Shown: positions 46,199 to 54,912 of the stretch, piece after piece
How positions within the stretch are numbered: the first letter of the stretch is position 1
Layout: each line of letters starts with the position of its first letter
NCBI GenBank assembly: GCA_963742735.1
Contig: CAVUMN010000002.1
Location: 73,255-137,254, forward strand
Length of the DNA stretch: 64,000 nt
Source of the DNA: an uncultured Actinomycetes bacterium
GTDB taxonomy: Bacteria; Actinomycetota; UBA4738; JBBDTT01
Direction: 5' to 3'
Program-made: the position numbers and the translations under genes
The notes under the pieces: generated by a model
The model's input: the letters and a program-made list of their open reading frames with translations, nothing else
What the model was told of the DNA's origin: nothing
The model's database searches: none

Positions 46199-47305
46199 GT
46201 GGACGAGGGCTTCCTCACCATCGGGATCGAGGAGGAGTTCCAGATCGTCGACGCGGAGACCCGCGAGCTCCGCGCCCACATCGACGCGGTCATGGAGGTC
46301 GCCGGCCCCACCCTCGGCGACGAGGTCAAGCCCGAGATGATGCAGTCCGTCGTCGAGGTCGGGACCAAGGTCTGCGCCGACGTGGCCGAGGCCCGGCGCG
46401 AGATCGTGCGCCTGCGCGCCACCGTCGCCGGGATCCTGGAGGCCTCCGGCCTGCGCCTGGTCTCCGCCGGTACCCACCCGTTCAGCCGGTGGCAGGAGCA
46501 GCTGATCACCAACAAGGAGCGCTACAAGCTCATGGAGGAGGAGATGCAGGACGTCGTCCGCGAGCTCCTCATCTTCGGACTCCACGTCCACGTGGGCATC
46601 CCCGATCCGGAGCTGCGGATCGAGCTCATGAACGAGGCCCGCTACTTCCTGCCCCACCTGCTGGCGCTGTCGTCCTCGAGCCCGTTCTGGATGGGCCGGG
46701 AGACCGGCGTGAAGTCCTACCGGACCGTCCTGTGGTCGAGGTTCCCGCGCACCAGCATCCCCCCGGACTTCGACTCGTGGAGCGAGTACCAGGGCTTCAT
46801 CGACCTGCTGGTGAAGACGAACTCGATCGAGGACGGCACGAAGATCTGGTGGGACATCCGCCCCCACGTCATCTACCCGACCCTCGAGTTCCGGATCTGC
46901 GACGCGGCCACCCGGGTGGACGAGACGATCTGTCTGGCCGCGCTCATCCAGGCGACGGTGGCCAAGCTCCTGAAGCTCCGCCGGCAGAACCTGGGGTTCC
47001 GCAAGTACCCGCCGCGTCTGGTGCGAGAGAACAAGTGGCGGGCCCTGCGCGGCGGCCTGGAGGGCAACCTGATCGACTTCGGCAAGCAGACAGAGGTGCC
47101 GATGCGCGACCTGGCCCTGGAGTACCTGGACTTCGTCGACGACGTGGTCGACGAGCTCGGCTCGCGGGCCGAGGTCGACTACGTCCACACCATCATCGAG
47201 GGCGGCACGAGCGCCGACCGCCAGCAGGCCACGTGGCGGGAGACCGGGGACCTGAAGGCCGTGGTCGACCGCCTTGCCGAGGAAACCCTCGAGGGGGTCC
47301 GTTGA
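46199..47305 (+). CDS. carboxylate-amine ligase, YbdK / glutamate-cysteine ligase family 2
   Basis: GTG at 46199, in frame with ORF 44858..47305. LTIGIEEEFQIVD...THPFSRWQEQ...ALSSSSPFW...YPTLEFRICDA. Confidence 0.85.
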   Translation: MDEGFLTIGIEEEFQIVDAETRELRAHIDAVMEVAGPTLGDEVKPEMMQSVVEVGTKVCADVAEARREIVRLRATVAGILEASGLRLVSAGTHPFSRWQEQLITNKERYKLMEEEMQDVVRELLIFGLHVHVGIPDPELRIELMNEARYFLPHLLALSSSSPFWMGRETGVKSYRTVLWSRFPRTSIPPDFDSWSEYQGFIDLLVKTNSIEDGTKIWWDIRPHVIYPTLEFRICDAATRVDETICLAALIQATVAKLLKLRRQNLGFRKYPPRLVRENKWRALRGGLEGNLIDFGKQTEVPMRDLALEYLDFVDDVVDELGSRAEVDYVHTIIEGGTSADRQQATWRETGDLKAVVDRLAEETLEGVR

Positions 47306-47319
47306 CGTACACCGGGGTG

Positions 47320-47832
47320 ATGCGCTCGCTCCGGGTCGCCCTCGCCGCCCTGCTCGTCGTCGGCCTGCTGGCCATGCCGGCGGAGGCGGCCAAGAAGAAG
47401 AAGCCCAAGCCCGACCGGACGCCGCCCCGCTCGGTCATCCACGACGAGAACAACGCCGTGAAGATCGGGATGGACGCCGACCAGGACGCGCCGGCGCAGC
47501 CGCCGGCGGAGCTCGAGCCCTACACGAAGGTCACCGGCATCACCACCGACGCCAAGGGCGGGCTGATCGACTACGTGGTCATCCGCTTTCACCGCGAGGA
47601 CCCGGTGGGGGGCACCCTCGGCGAGATCGAGACCGCCACCTGTGAGCCGCCCCGGCGGACGTGCCACTGGGAGGCCCGCGTCCCCTGGCTCGACGACGAC
47701 CTGATCATGGCCGACCCCGTCCTGGGTCTCACCCACGGGATCCCGGCGATCTGGACCGTGACCGTGAAGGCCTACGACGAGGCCGGCAACGTCGAGACGA
47801 ACGGGCCGGAGATCCAGATCGTCGTGATCTGA
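47320..47832 (+). CDS. secreted hypothetical protein (possible Ig-like fold)
   Basis: MRSLRVALAALLVVGLLAMPAEAAKKKKPKPDRTPP... has a clear signal peptide. In frame with ORF 46489..47832. G/C-rich third positions. Confidence 0.55.
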   Translation: MRSLRVALAALLVVGLLAMPAEAAKKKKPKPDRTPPRSVIHDENNAVKIGMDADQDAPAQPPAELEPYTKVTGITTDAKGGLIDYVVIRFHREDPVGGTLGEIETATCEPPRRTCHWEARVPWLDDDLIMADPVLGLTHGIPAIWTVTVKAYDEAGNVETNGPEIQIVVI

Positions 47833-47857
47833 ACCGCCGGCCGGTTCCCCGTCTGGG

Positions 47858-49465
47858 TCAGCTGCTGGCGGTCTGGACGTCGTTCACCAGGCGAAGCGTG
47901 TGCATCAGGACCGCGTCGCCGAAGCACGCGTCGAGCCCGTAGGCGTCCTCGTACTCCGACAGGACGAGCTCGTCCTGTCCCACTCCGTCCGTCACCTCAC
48001 TGGGGACGCTGCCGACGAACCCGACGCCCTGGCGCCCGACGTGGTCGGTCTCGAAGGACTGCATGATGTAGCCGAGGCCGTCGTTCACCTGGGCCAGCGG
48101 GAAGGCGATGAACGGCGTCTCCTCCTCGATGGTGTTCGACAGGTTGGAGAACGTCTCGCCGGGGGCGCCGGTGAAGATCAGGTTCCCGACTCGGGCTGCG
48201 GACACCGCGGTGCTCACCCCGAGCGGAGACGCCGAGCGGCACCAGCGGAGCTCGCTCTTGCCGGCCCCCACGAGGCCGAGCGGGGTGAACGGCCGATCGA
48301 AGAACCCGACCGCGCCCAGCGTGCCGAGCGGGATGTTCGTGATGGGCTGGGTCCAGAACGTCTGCCTGACCACCACGTCGGTGCCGGTCACGGCCTGGCC
48401 GCCGCCGGGCTGCGGGATCAGGTTGGCCAGCCCGTTGCCGACCCCCTGAGTTCCGCCCGAGTTGCTCATGTTGCCCAGGCCGGTCTGGAAGAAGAGGCCG
48501 ACCCCGCCGAACCGATCCTCCACGCGCTTCTCGAAGACGGCGGGGAAGTCGGCGTGCGCGGTGCCGCCGTTGTTCCCCACCGACGTCGGGTGGGCGGCGT
48601 AGGCGCCGAGGGTCCCGATGGTCGCCCCGGTGGCGCTGTTGGTGAACCGCGCCCACGAGAACGTGTTCTCCTCCGCGGACCAGTACAGGTCGCGGCGCTC
48701 GCCGTTGAACTGCCGGGCGAGCACGTCGCCGGCCTCCACCGAGGCGGGGACGCGGTTGGCGATGGCGTTGCCCACGGAGGTGCGGATCGCGTCCGCCACC
48801 TGCTCCATGTACCAGCTGGGCACGCCGCCCCATCCGCCGATGAAGTCCGGGGCGGCGTGGCTGTGCGTCGAGGCGAGCATGAACCCGGCCGGGTTGAAGC
48901 CGTGTTCCGCCCCGAGCTCCTCGGCCAGGTCGAAGGCGCCGCAGCCGTCGCAGAGCTTGCCGTACTTGCCGAAGTAGGAGGTGCCGTCCAGGATCGACAG
49001 GACGAACGAGTCCCGGCCGTCGGAGATGAACAGCGTGCGGACCCACAGGCCGTACTGCTGGTCCCAGGCCGTGATGGGGTTCATCGGGCCGATGCCGAAC
49101 CCGCCCTGGTACAGGCAGCTCGGGTTCTCCGGCCAGGTCAGCCGGAGGTCGCCCAGGTGGCCGAACGCCTCGGGGGCGTCGTCACCCATGGTGGCGCAGC
49201 CCTCCTTCGCCCAGGTCCCGCCGTAGGCGGCGGGCTTCGGCTCGATCGACACCTTCGCGGCGCCGACGACGAACTGGCCGGGGACGAGCGCCGCGGCCGC
49301 GGACTCCGAGCCGGCCTCGCCGGCCAGGAGGGGGGCCTCGATCCCGAGATTGTCGGCCGTCCCGGAGACCGGGGCCAGCCCGACTCCTGCCCACGCCACC
49401 GAGACGGTGAGCACGCCGGTGAGGAGCGAGACGAACAGGGTTCGTACGGGACGTCGAGCGGGCAT
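47858..49465 (-). CDS. neutral/alkaline ceramidase-like hydrolase, secreted or membrane-anchored (paralog 1)
   Basis: ATG at 49465 with GGAGGA upstream. Anchor RTLFVSLLTGVLTVSVAWAG. VGAAKVSIEP...LWVRTLFISDGRDSFVLSILD...LASTHSHAAPD resembles the ceramidase N-terminal domain. Confidence 0.65.
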   Translation of the reverse strand: MPARRPVRTLFVSLLTGVLTVSVAWAGVGLAPVSGTADNLGIEAPLLAGEAGSESAAAALVPGQFVVGAAKVSIEPKPAAYGGTWAKEGCATMGDDAPEAFGHLGDLRLTWPENPSCLYQGGFGIGPMNPITAWDQQYGLWVRTLFISDGRDSFVLSILDGTSYFGKYGKLCDGCGAFDLAEELGAEHGFNPAGFMLASTHSHAAPDFIGGWGGVPSWYMEQVADAIRTSVGNAIANRVPASVEAGDVLARQFNGERRDLYWSAEENTFSWARFTNSATGATIGTLGAYAAHPTSVGNNGGTAHADFPAVFEKRVEDRFGGVGLFFQTGLGNMSNSGGTQGVGNGLANLIPQPGGGQAVTGTDVVVRQTFWTQPITNIPLGTLGAVGFFDRPFTPLGLVGAGKSELRWCRSASPLGVSTAVSAARVGNLIFTGAPGETFSNLSNTIEEETPFIAFPLAQVNDGLGYIMQSFETDHVGRQGVGFVGSVPSEVTDGVGQDELVLSEYEDAYGLDACFGDAVLMHTLRLVNDVQTASS

Positions 49466-49568
49466 TCGATTTCCTCCGGGAGTGGGAGCGCTGCGGGCGA
49501 GTACTGCCAGACTCATTCCAGGGAGGGGCCTCGATTCCTGCCCGGCGCGCCGAAGCCGCCGGCTCGAG

Positions 49569-51113
49569 CTAGAGGGACCCCATGAGGGTCAAGGTCTTCT
49601 CCAGGACCGCGTCGCCGAAGCACGCGTCCAGGCTGAACGCGTCCTCGTACTCCGCGACGGGGTCCCCGGCGAAGCCGGTGCCCTGGCGCCCGAGGTGGTC
49701 GGTCTCGAAGGACTGAATGATGTAGCCGAGCCCGTCGTTGACCTGGGCCAGCGGGAACGCGACGAAGGGCGCCTTCTCCTCGATGGTGTTGGTCAGGTTC
49801 GAGAACGTCTCGCCGGGGGCGCCGGTGAACCACAGGTCCCCGACTTTCGCCCCCGAGACGGAGGTGTTCACCCCGAGGGGTGAGACGGAGCGACACCGGC
49901 GCACGTCGTTCTCGCCCTCGTCGACCAGCGAGCCCGCCGAGAACGAGCGGTCGAAGAACCCGGCCGTGCCGAGGGTCCCCAGCGGGATGTTCGTGATCGG
50001 CTGGTCCCAGAACACCTGCCCGACCTTCACGTCGGTCCCGGTCACCCGCTCGCCCTGCCCCTTGCCGGGGACCAGGGCGGCCAGGCCGTTGCCCATCTCC
50101 TCGGTGCTCCCGCGCGGGCTCATGTTGCCGAGCCCGGTCTGGAAGAACATGCCGATGCCGCCGAAGCGCTGCTCGACCTTCCGGTCGAACACCCCGGGGA
50201 AGTCGGCGTTGGCGACGCCCATGCTCTCGTCCGCGGTGACCGGGTGTGCCGCGAACGCGCCCAGCGTCGCGATGGTCTTGCTCGTGCCGGCGCGGTAGAA
50301 GCGGACCCAGGACATCGTGGGGTCCTCGGACGACCGGTAGAAGTCGCGGCGCTCGCCGCTGAAGTCGCGGGCGAGCACCTCGCCCGCCTCGACGCTCGCG
50401 GGCTTCCGCTGGGCGTACGCCCCGCCGACTGCGCCGCGGATCGCGTCGGCCACCTGCTCCATGTACCAGCCGGGGACGCCGCCCCACCCGCCGATGAAGT
50501 CGGGCGCCGTGTGACTGTGGGTCGAGGCGAGCATGAACCCGGCCGGATCGAAGTGGTACTTCGCGCCGAGCTCCTGGGCCAGGTCGATGGCGCCGCAGCC
50601 GTCGCACAGGTTGTTGAAGTGACCGAAGTACGAGGTCCCGTCGAGGATCGCCAGGACCAGCGCGTCCTTGCCGTCGGAGATGTAGAGCGCCCGAACCCAC
50701 AAGCCGTACTTCGTGTCCCACGAGGTGATGGGGTTCATCGGCCCGATCCCGTAGCCGCCGCTGTACAGGCAGCCCGGGTCCTCGGGCCAGGGCAGCCGGA
50801 TGTCGCCCAGGTGACCGAACGTCGCGGCGCCCGCGTCCTCCTCCAGCGTCGCGCAGCCCTCCTTCTGCCAGGTCGCGCCGTACTTGGCGGGCTTCGGCTC
50901 GATGGAGACCTTCGCGGCGCCGACCGTGAACTGGCGCCCGCGGGGGAGCGCCGCGGACGTCTCGCCCCCGCCCTTCGAAGGCGCGGCCGCGTCGAGCACC
51001 GGGTCGAGGAGGCCCTTCACGGGGGCCAGGCCGATCCCGGCCCAGGCGGCGCCCACGGTCAGCGCACCCGTGAGGGCCGCGACGATCAGGGTGCGAACGG
51101 TGCGTCCAGTCAT
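49569..51113 (-). CDS. neutral/alkaline ceramidase-like hydrolase (paralog 2)
   Basis: ATG at 51113 with GGAGGA upstream. It shows the same motifs (VGAAKVSIEP, LWVRALYISDGKDALVLAILD, LASTHSHTAPD). Confidence 0.65.
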   Translation of the reverse strand: MTGRTVRTLIVAALTGALTVGAAWAGIGLAPVKGLLDPVLDAAAPSKGGGETSAALPRGRQFTVGAAKVSIEPKPAKYGATWQKEGCATLEEDAGAATFGHLGDIRLPWPEDPGCLYSGGYGIGPMNPITSWDTKYGLWVRALYISDGKDALVLAILDGTSYFGHFNNLCDGCGAIDLAQELGAKYHFDPAGFMLASTHSHTAPDFIGGWGGVPGWYMEQVADAIRGAVGGAYAQRKPASVEAGEVLARDFSGERRDFYRSSEDPTMSWVRFYRAGTSKTIATLGAFAAHPVTADESMGVANADFPGVFDRKVEQRFGGIGMFFQTGLGNMSPRGSTEEMGNGLAALVPGKGQGERVTGTDVKVGQVFWDQPITNIPLGTLGTAGFFDRSFSAGSLVDEGENDVRRCRSVSPLGVNTSVSGAKVGDLWFTGAPGETFSNLTNTIEEKAPFVAFPLAQVNDGLGYIIQSFETDHLGRQGTGFAGDPVAEYEDAFSLDACFGDAVLEKTLTLMGSL

Positions 51114-51210
51114 CGAGTCCTCCACGCGTCGCCGTTGGCAGGAGGCAGGGCGCCGCACCGCCATACCTGACAGATTTCCCCGGATTCGCTCGGATTCCTG
51201 CTCGGCGGAG

Positions 51211-51606
51211 CTACACCGGGGGGCGGGGCGGCAGCGTGCGAGGGATGTCCTGGGCCAGCTCGACCACGTGGCCGTCGGGGTCGAGCACGTGCACGGTCCG
51301 GTGCCCCCATGGGCGGTCGACGGGCCCGTGGACCTCCAGGCCGGCAGCGCGGAGGCGATCCGCCTCGGCCTCCGCGTCCTCCACCGAGAACACCACCTCG
51401 GCGGTGGGGCCGGGCTCGCCCGGCGGGCGGCGGATCAGCCCGGGGACCCGGGCCCGCTCGAACAGGGCGAACCGCGGCGCGTCCGTCGAGAACTCCGCGT
51501 AACCGTGCTCGGTGAACTTCAGCTCGAGCCCGAGGGCGTCGCGGTAGAAGGCCACGCTCGCGCCGAGGTCCGCGACGAACAGGATGACGTGGCTCAGGCG
51601 ACGCAC
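51211..51606 (-). CDS. VOC/glyoxalase family protein
   Basis: GTG at 51606, in frame with ORF 51211..51831. LSHVILFVADLGASVAFYRDALGLEL...HVLDPDGHVVEL. Confidence 0.8.
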   Translation of the reverse strand: MRRLSHVILFVADLGASVAFYRDALGLELKFTEHGYAEFSTDAPRFALFERARVPGLIRRPPGEPGPTAEVVFSVEDAEAEADRLRAAGLEVHGPVDRPWGHRTVHVLDPDGHVVELAQDIPRTLPPRPPV

Positions 51607-51630
51607 GGCCGAACACTCTACGATCGAGGC

Positions 51631-51906
51631 GTGAAGGGCGATCGGGTCGAGATCGTCGTGGACGCCGGGGACGGCGCCCGGACCTTCGAGATCGAGGCGA
51701 CGAAGGCGGGCCGGCGCGTGGAGGTCTCCACCGCACGCGGCGTGGTCGAGGTGGCCGAGCTCACCCGGACCGGCCAACCCGTGCGCACCGGCCGGTTCAT
51801 GGCCAGCCGGGTGATCGCGCTGGTGGAGCACCCCGCCGAGGACGAACGCCCTAAGGCCTCCGGGCCTCGCGCGCGCGACCAGGCCTCCTTGCTCTCGCCC
51901 GGCTGA
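51631..51906 (+). CDS. hypothetical small protein (91 aa), probably leaderless
   Basis: The GTG at 51631 lies 6 nt after TACGAT (51619-51624). VKGDRVEIVVDAGDGARTFEIEATKAGRRVEVSTARGVVEVAEL... has strong G/C at codon position 3. No family recognised. Confidence 0.4.
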   Translation: MKGDRVEIVVDAGDGARTFEIEATKAGRRVEVSTARGVVEVAELTRTGQPVRTGRFMASRVIALVEHPAEDERPKASGPRARDQASLLSPG

Positions 51907-51944
51907 GCAGGATTCGCCCGCCAGGGCATGGAATCACCTTTCCC

Positions 51945-54305
51945 ATGCGCCCGGCCCGCGTCTGCGCCCTGCTGCTCGCCCTCGGCCTGCTCGCGCCCAC
52001 CTCGGCGCACGCGGCCGAGCCCCTCATCCCCGTCGACCTGCCCGTCGGCGGCCACGAGCTGAACAAGGGCACCGGCAAGGTCGTACCCGCCACCCCCATC
52101 GCACCCGTCGCGAAGACCATCGACGGGGCCATCGGCGACTGGGTCGGCCTGCCCTCACGGTACGCCGGCACCAGCGTGTACTCGGGCGGCGAGTACGTGT
52201 ACCAGGACCACCTCTTCGACGCGTTCGGCGCCGACGCCGGCGAGGACGTGGAGCTCAACGCGACCCTCGACCCCCTGGCCGCGGCGGTCCCCGAGACCTA
52301 CCGCACCGAGGGCATCTTCCGGTACCTGGCCGGTGAGCTCGGCCTGCCCCCGCCCTTCGAGGCGACGGTCAACTACGGCAACCTGGGGCCGCTGTTCGGC
52401 GCGGACCTCGAGGAGCTCCACGTCTCCCTCGACGCGGACAACGTCTACCTTCTGGCCCGCACGACCAAGCTCGCCACCGCGAACGAGACGGGCCTGCTCC
52501 TGCTGGTCGACCTCGGGGGCGGCTCGATCGACCGGGCGGTGCCGTTCAACACCGGCCTGCGCACCACCAGGGCGGACCTGGCCGTGCTGGTCGCCGGGAC
52601 CAGCGGCTGGGTGGCCGACCTGGGGACCGGCGCCGTGACACCGCTGGGCGCCGGGTCCGTCGCCACCGACCCCACGGCGTTCAACAACGCCATCGAGGCC
52701 CGCATCCCGCGGGCGGCCCTGCACCTGGGGGCGACCGCCGGTACCCTGCGCATCGCGGCGGGGACCGGTCCGTTCGACGCCGCGAAGAACGCCTTCGCCG
52801 ACACCGGCCTTCCGTCGAACCTGGCCAACGTCGCGTTCCGCGCCGCCGAGCCGGTCCGCGAGTGGTTCGAGAAGCAGCAGGCCTTCAGCCTGTACGCGAA
52901 GACGATCGACCCGTTCTTCGCCAACGTCGACATCGCGCGGGTCCTGCGCGGGGCCACCGAGCGCTTCGTGCCCGGTCCGGGCTACCACGAGCGCGTGTTC
53001 ATCTCCAAGGCCCAGGCCAGCGAGGGGTCCCGCGACGGCATCTGGCAGCCGTACGGGCTGTTCCTGCCGAAGGCCTTCGCCGAGGGCAAGACGCTCCCGC
53101 TGCAGTTCTGGCTCCACTGGCGGGGAGGGACGGCGCACAGCGCGGGGACGGCCACCCCCGACATCTTCCGCCAGCTGGGCGAGAAGCAGAACACGATCGT
53201 CGTCGCTCCGCGGGGACGGGGGACGTCGTCGTGGTACGTGGGCGCCGGGCACGTGGACGTCCTCGAGGTCTACGAGCAGGTCACCAGCTCGTTCGCGATC
53301 GACCTCAACCGCGTGTACCTGGCCGGTCACTCGATGGGCGGGTGGGGGTCCTACCTGTTCGCCATCACGCACCCGGACCTGTTCGCCGCCGCGCTGCCCG
53401 CCTCGCCGCCCCAGACACAGGGCCTGTGGACCGGACTCGACTTCGAGGGCTGCGACGGCTACACGGCCGGCGACTACAACCTCTGCTACAGCCCGACGGA
53501 CGACGGCCGGGCCCGCGACCAGGCCGTGGTGAAGATGATCGGCAACCTGCGGAACCTGCCCGTGGCGGTGTTCCAGGGGATGGCCGACGAGCTCGTCTGG
53601 TACCCGGGGGTGGCCCGCACCAGCCTGACCCTCACGCAGATCGGCTACCGCAACCGCCTGTACTCGTTCCCGACCCAGGAGCACTACGGCCCGCCGGTGT
53701 GGGACCAGTGGAAGGACGCCGCGACCTATCTGCACTCGTTCGTGCGCAACCCGAACCCGCCCCGTGTGACCTTCCGTCGCGACATGCTCTTCGAGCGTGC
53801 CGTCGAGGAGATCCGCACCCAGGGCGCCAAGCTCTCCTTCGACTTCGACCGCGCCTACTGGATGTCCGAGCTGATCCCCGCGAACAACGTGAGCGCCGCG
53901 GCCACGTTCGACGGCCGCTCGCTGGCGATCCCCCAGGCGCCCTACCTGGAGGTCCCCGAGGTGGGCGGGCCGGCGGCCATCGGCAACACCGGCCCGTACT
54001 TGATGACCGGCCTGCGGTGGCTCGACGACCCGACCGCGACGGCGCCGGCGACGGTCAACGGGTTCCAGGCCACACTGTCCGGCGCCAAGGCCGTGCGTCT
54101 GGACCTGGGGCGGATGGCGATCGATTCCTCCAGGACCGTCACCGGCACGGTCACCACCGACCGGTCGATGCAGCTGCGGCTGTTCGGGACGTGGACCACC
54201 GCCCCGGTCGTGAAGCGGAACGGCGTGGGGGTCGCGCGAACCCTGGCCTCGGGCGTCCTGTCCATCACCTTGCCCGCGGGGACGTCCACGCTCACCATCG
54301 GCTAG
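51945..54305 (+). CDS. secreted alpha/beta hydrolase (esterase / prolyl-oligopeptidase-like) with large N- and C-terminal extra domains
   Basis: 786-aa ORF with signal peptide MRPARVCALLLALGLLAPTSAHA and nucleophile elbow VYLAGHSMGGWGSY. Confidence 0.75.
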   Translation: MRPARVCALLLALGLLAPTSAHAAEPLIPVDLPVGGHELNKGTGKVVPATPIAPVAKTIDGAIGDWVGLPSRYAGTSVYSGGEYVYQDHLFDAFGADAGEDVELNATLDPLAAAVPETYRTEGIFRYLAGELGLPPPFEATVNYGNLGPLFGADLEELHVSLDADNVYLLARTTKLATANETGLLLLVDLGGGSIDRAVPFNTGLRTTRADLAVLVAGTSGWVADLGTGAVTPLGAGSVATDPTAFNNAIEARIPRAALHLGATAGTLRIAAGTGPFDAAKNAFADTGLPSNLANVAFRAAEPVREWFEKQQAFSLYAKTIDPFFANVDIARVLRGATERFVPGPGYHERVFISKAQASEGSRDGIWQPYGLFLPKAFAEGKTLPLQFWLHWRGGTAHSAGTATPDIFRQLGEKQNTIVVAPRGRGTSSWYVGAGHVDVLEVYEQVTSSFAIDLNRVYLAGHSMGGWGSYLFAITHPDLFAAALPASPPQTQGLWTGLDFEGCDGYTAGDYNLCYSPTDDGRARDQAVVKMIGNLRNLPVAVFQGMADELVWYPGVARTSLTLTQIGYRNRLYSFPTQEHYGPPVWDQWKDAATYLHSFVRNPNPPRVTFRRDMLFERAVEEIRTQGAKLSFDFDRAYWMSELIPANNVSAAATFDGRSLAIPQAPYLEVPEVGGPAAIGNTGPYLMTGLRWLDDPTATAPATVNGFQATLSGAKAVRLDLGRMAIDSSRTVTGTVTTDRSMQLRLFGTWTTAPVVKRNGVGVARTLASGVLSITLPAGTSTLTIG

Positions 54306-54351
54306 GCCGGGGCGAGGGCGGTTCCGCCCGCCGGGATATCATCGCCGCGAC

Positions 54352-54819
54352 GTGGAGACCGTTCGCTACTTCGCGTACGGGTCGAACATCGAGCCCGGCT
54401 TCATCCACGAACGATGTCCGTCCGCGACGAACCCCGTCGTCGGCCGACTGGACGGCTTCCGCCTGGAGTTCAACGTCTACTCCGACGTGTGGGGCGGGGG
54501 CGCGGCGAACCTGGAGCTCGACCCCGACACGCACGTGTGGGGCGTGGTGTGGGAGGTGGACCGCGACGACCTCCCGAAGCTCGACACGTTCCAGGGCCAC
54601 CCCACGTACTACCGGCACGAGAGCGTCGTGGTGGTGTCCGGCGAGGAGCTGATGCCGTGCACGACCTTCCGGGTGGCGCACCTGCAGGGGTTCGTCCGGC
54701 CCACCGACGACTACCTGGAGCGGGTCCGCTCGGGGATGGCCCAGCTCGGGCTGCCCGAGGAGGCCCTGGAGGTCCTGGAGCGGGCCGCGCGCCCGCCCAC
54801 GCCCCGGATCTCGACCTAG
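54352..54819 (+). CDS. gamma-glutamylcyclotransferase (AIG2/GGCT-like) family protein
   Basis: 155-aa ORF: VRYFAYGSNIEPGFIHERC...VWGVVWEVDRDDLPKLDTFQGHP. Confidence 0.8.
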   Translation: METVRYFAYGSNIEPGFIHERCPSATNPVVGRLDGFRLEFNVYSDVWGGGAANLELDPDTHVWGVVWEVDRDDLPKLDTFQGHPTYYRHESVVVVSGEELMPCTTFRVAHLQGFVRPTDDYLERVRSGMAQLGLPEEALEVLERAARPPTPRIST

Positions 54820-54857
54820 CCGGCCCGGGGGATCCCGCCCGTCCCGGAACCGAGCCG

Positions 54858-54887
54858 TTGACGCCATGCCGCCGGAAGGCGTATCGT
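54858..54887 (+). promoter_or_regulatory. candidate promoter of the metal ABC transporter operon
   Basis: TTGACG (54858-54863), an 18-bp spacer, then TATCGT (54882-54887). The ATG at 54896 is 8 nt downstream, which suggests a leaderless mRNA. Confidence 0.45.
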
Positions 54888-54895
54888 GGGGCCTG

Positions 54896-54912
54896 ATGAG
54901 AACGATTCTCAT
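54896..54912 (+). promoter_or_regulatory. Zur/Fur-type operator palindrome
   Basis: ATGAGAA-CGA-TTCTCAT is a perfect 7-3-7 palindrome. It has the same geometry as actinobacterial Zur boxes (TGAAAA-TGA-TTTTCA type) and overlaps the transporter start codon. Confidence 0.55.

Noticed and set aside
42256-54819. Calling the third accessory block a genomic island or prophage remnant.
   Set aside because: I found no integrase, recombinase, transposase, phage structural gene, flanking tRNA or terminal direct repeat. Only a short stretch (42.26-43.03 kb) looks compositionally different.
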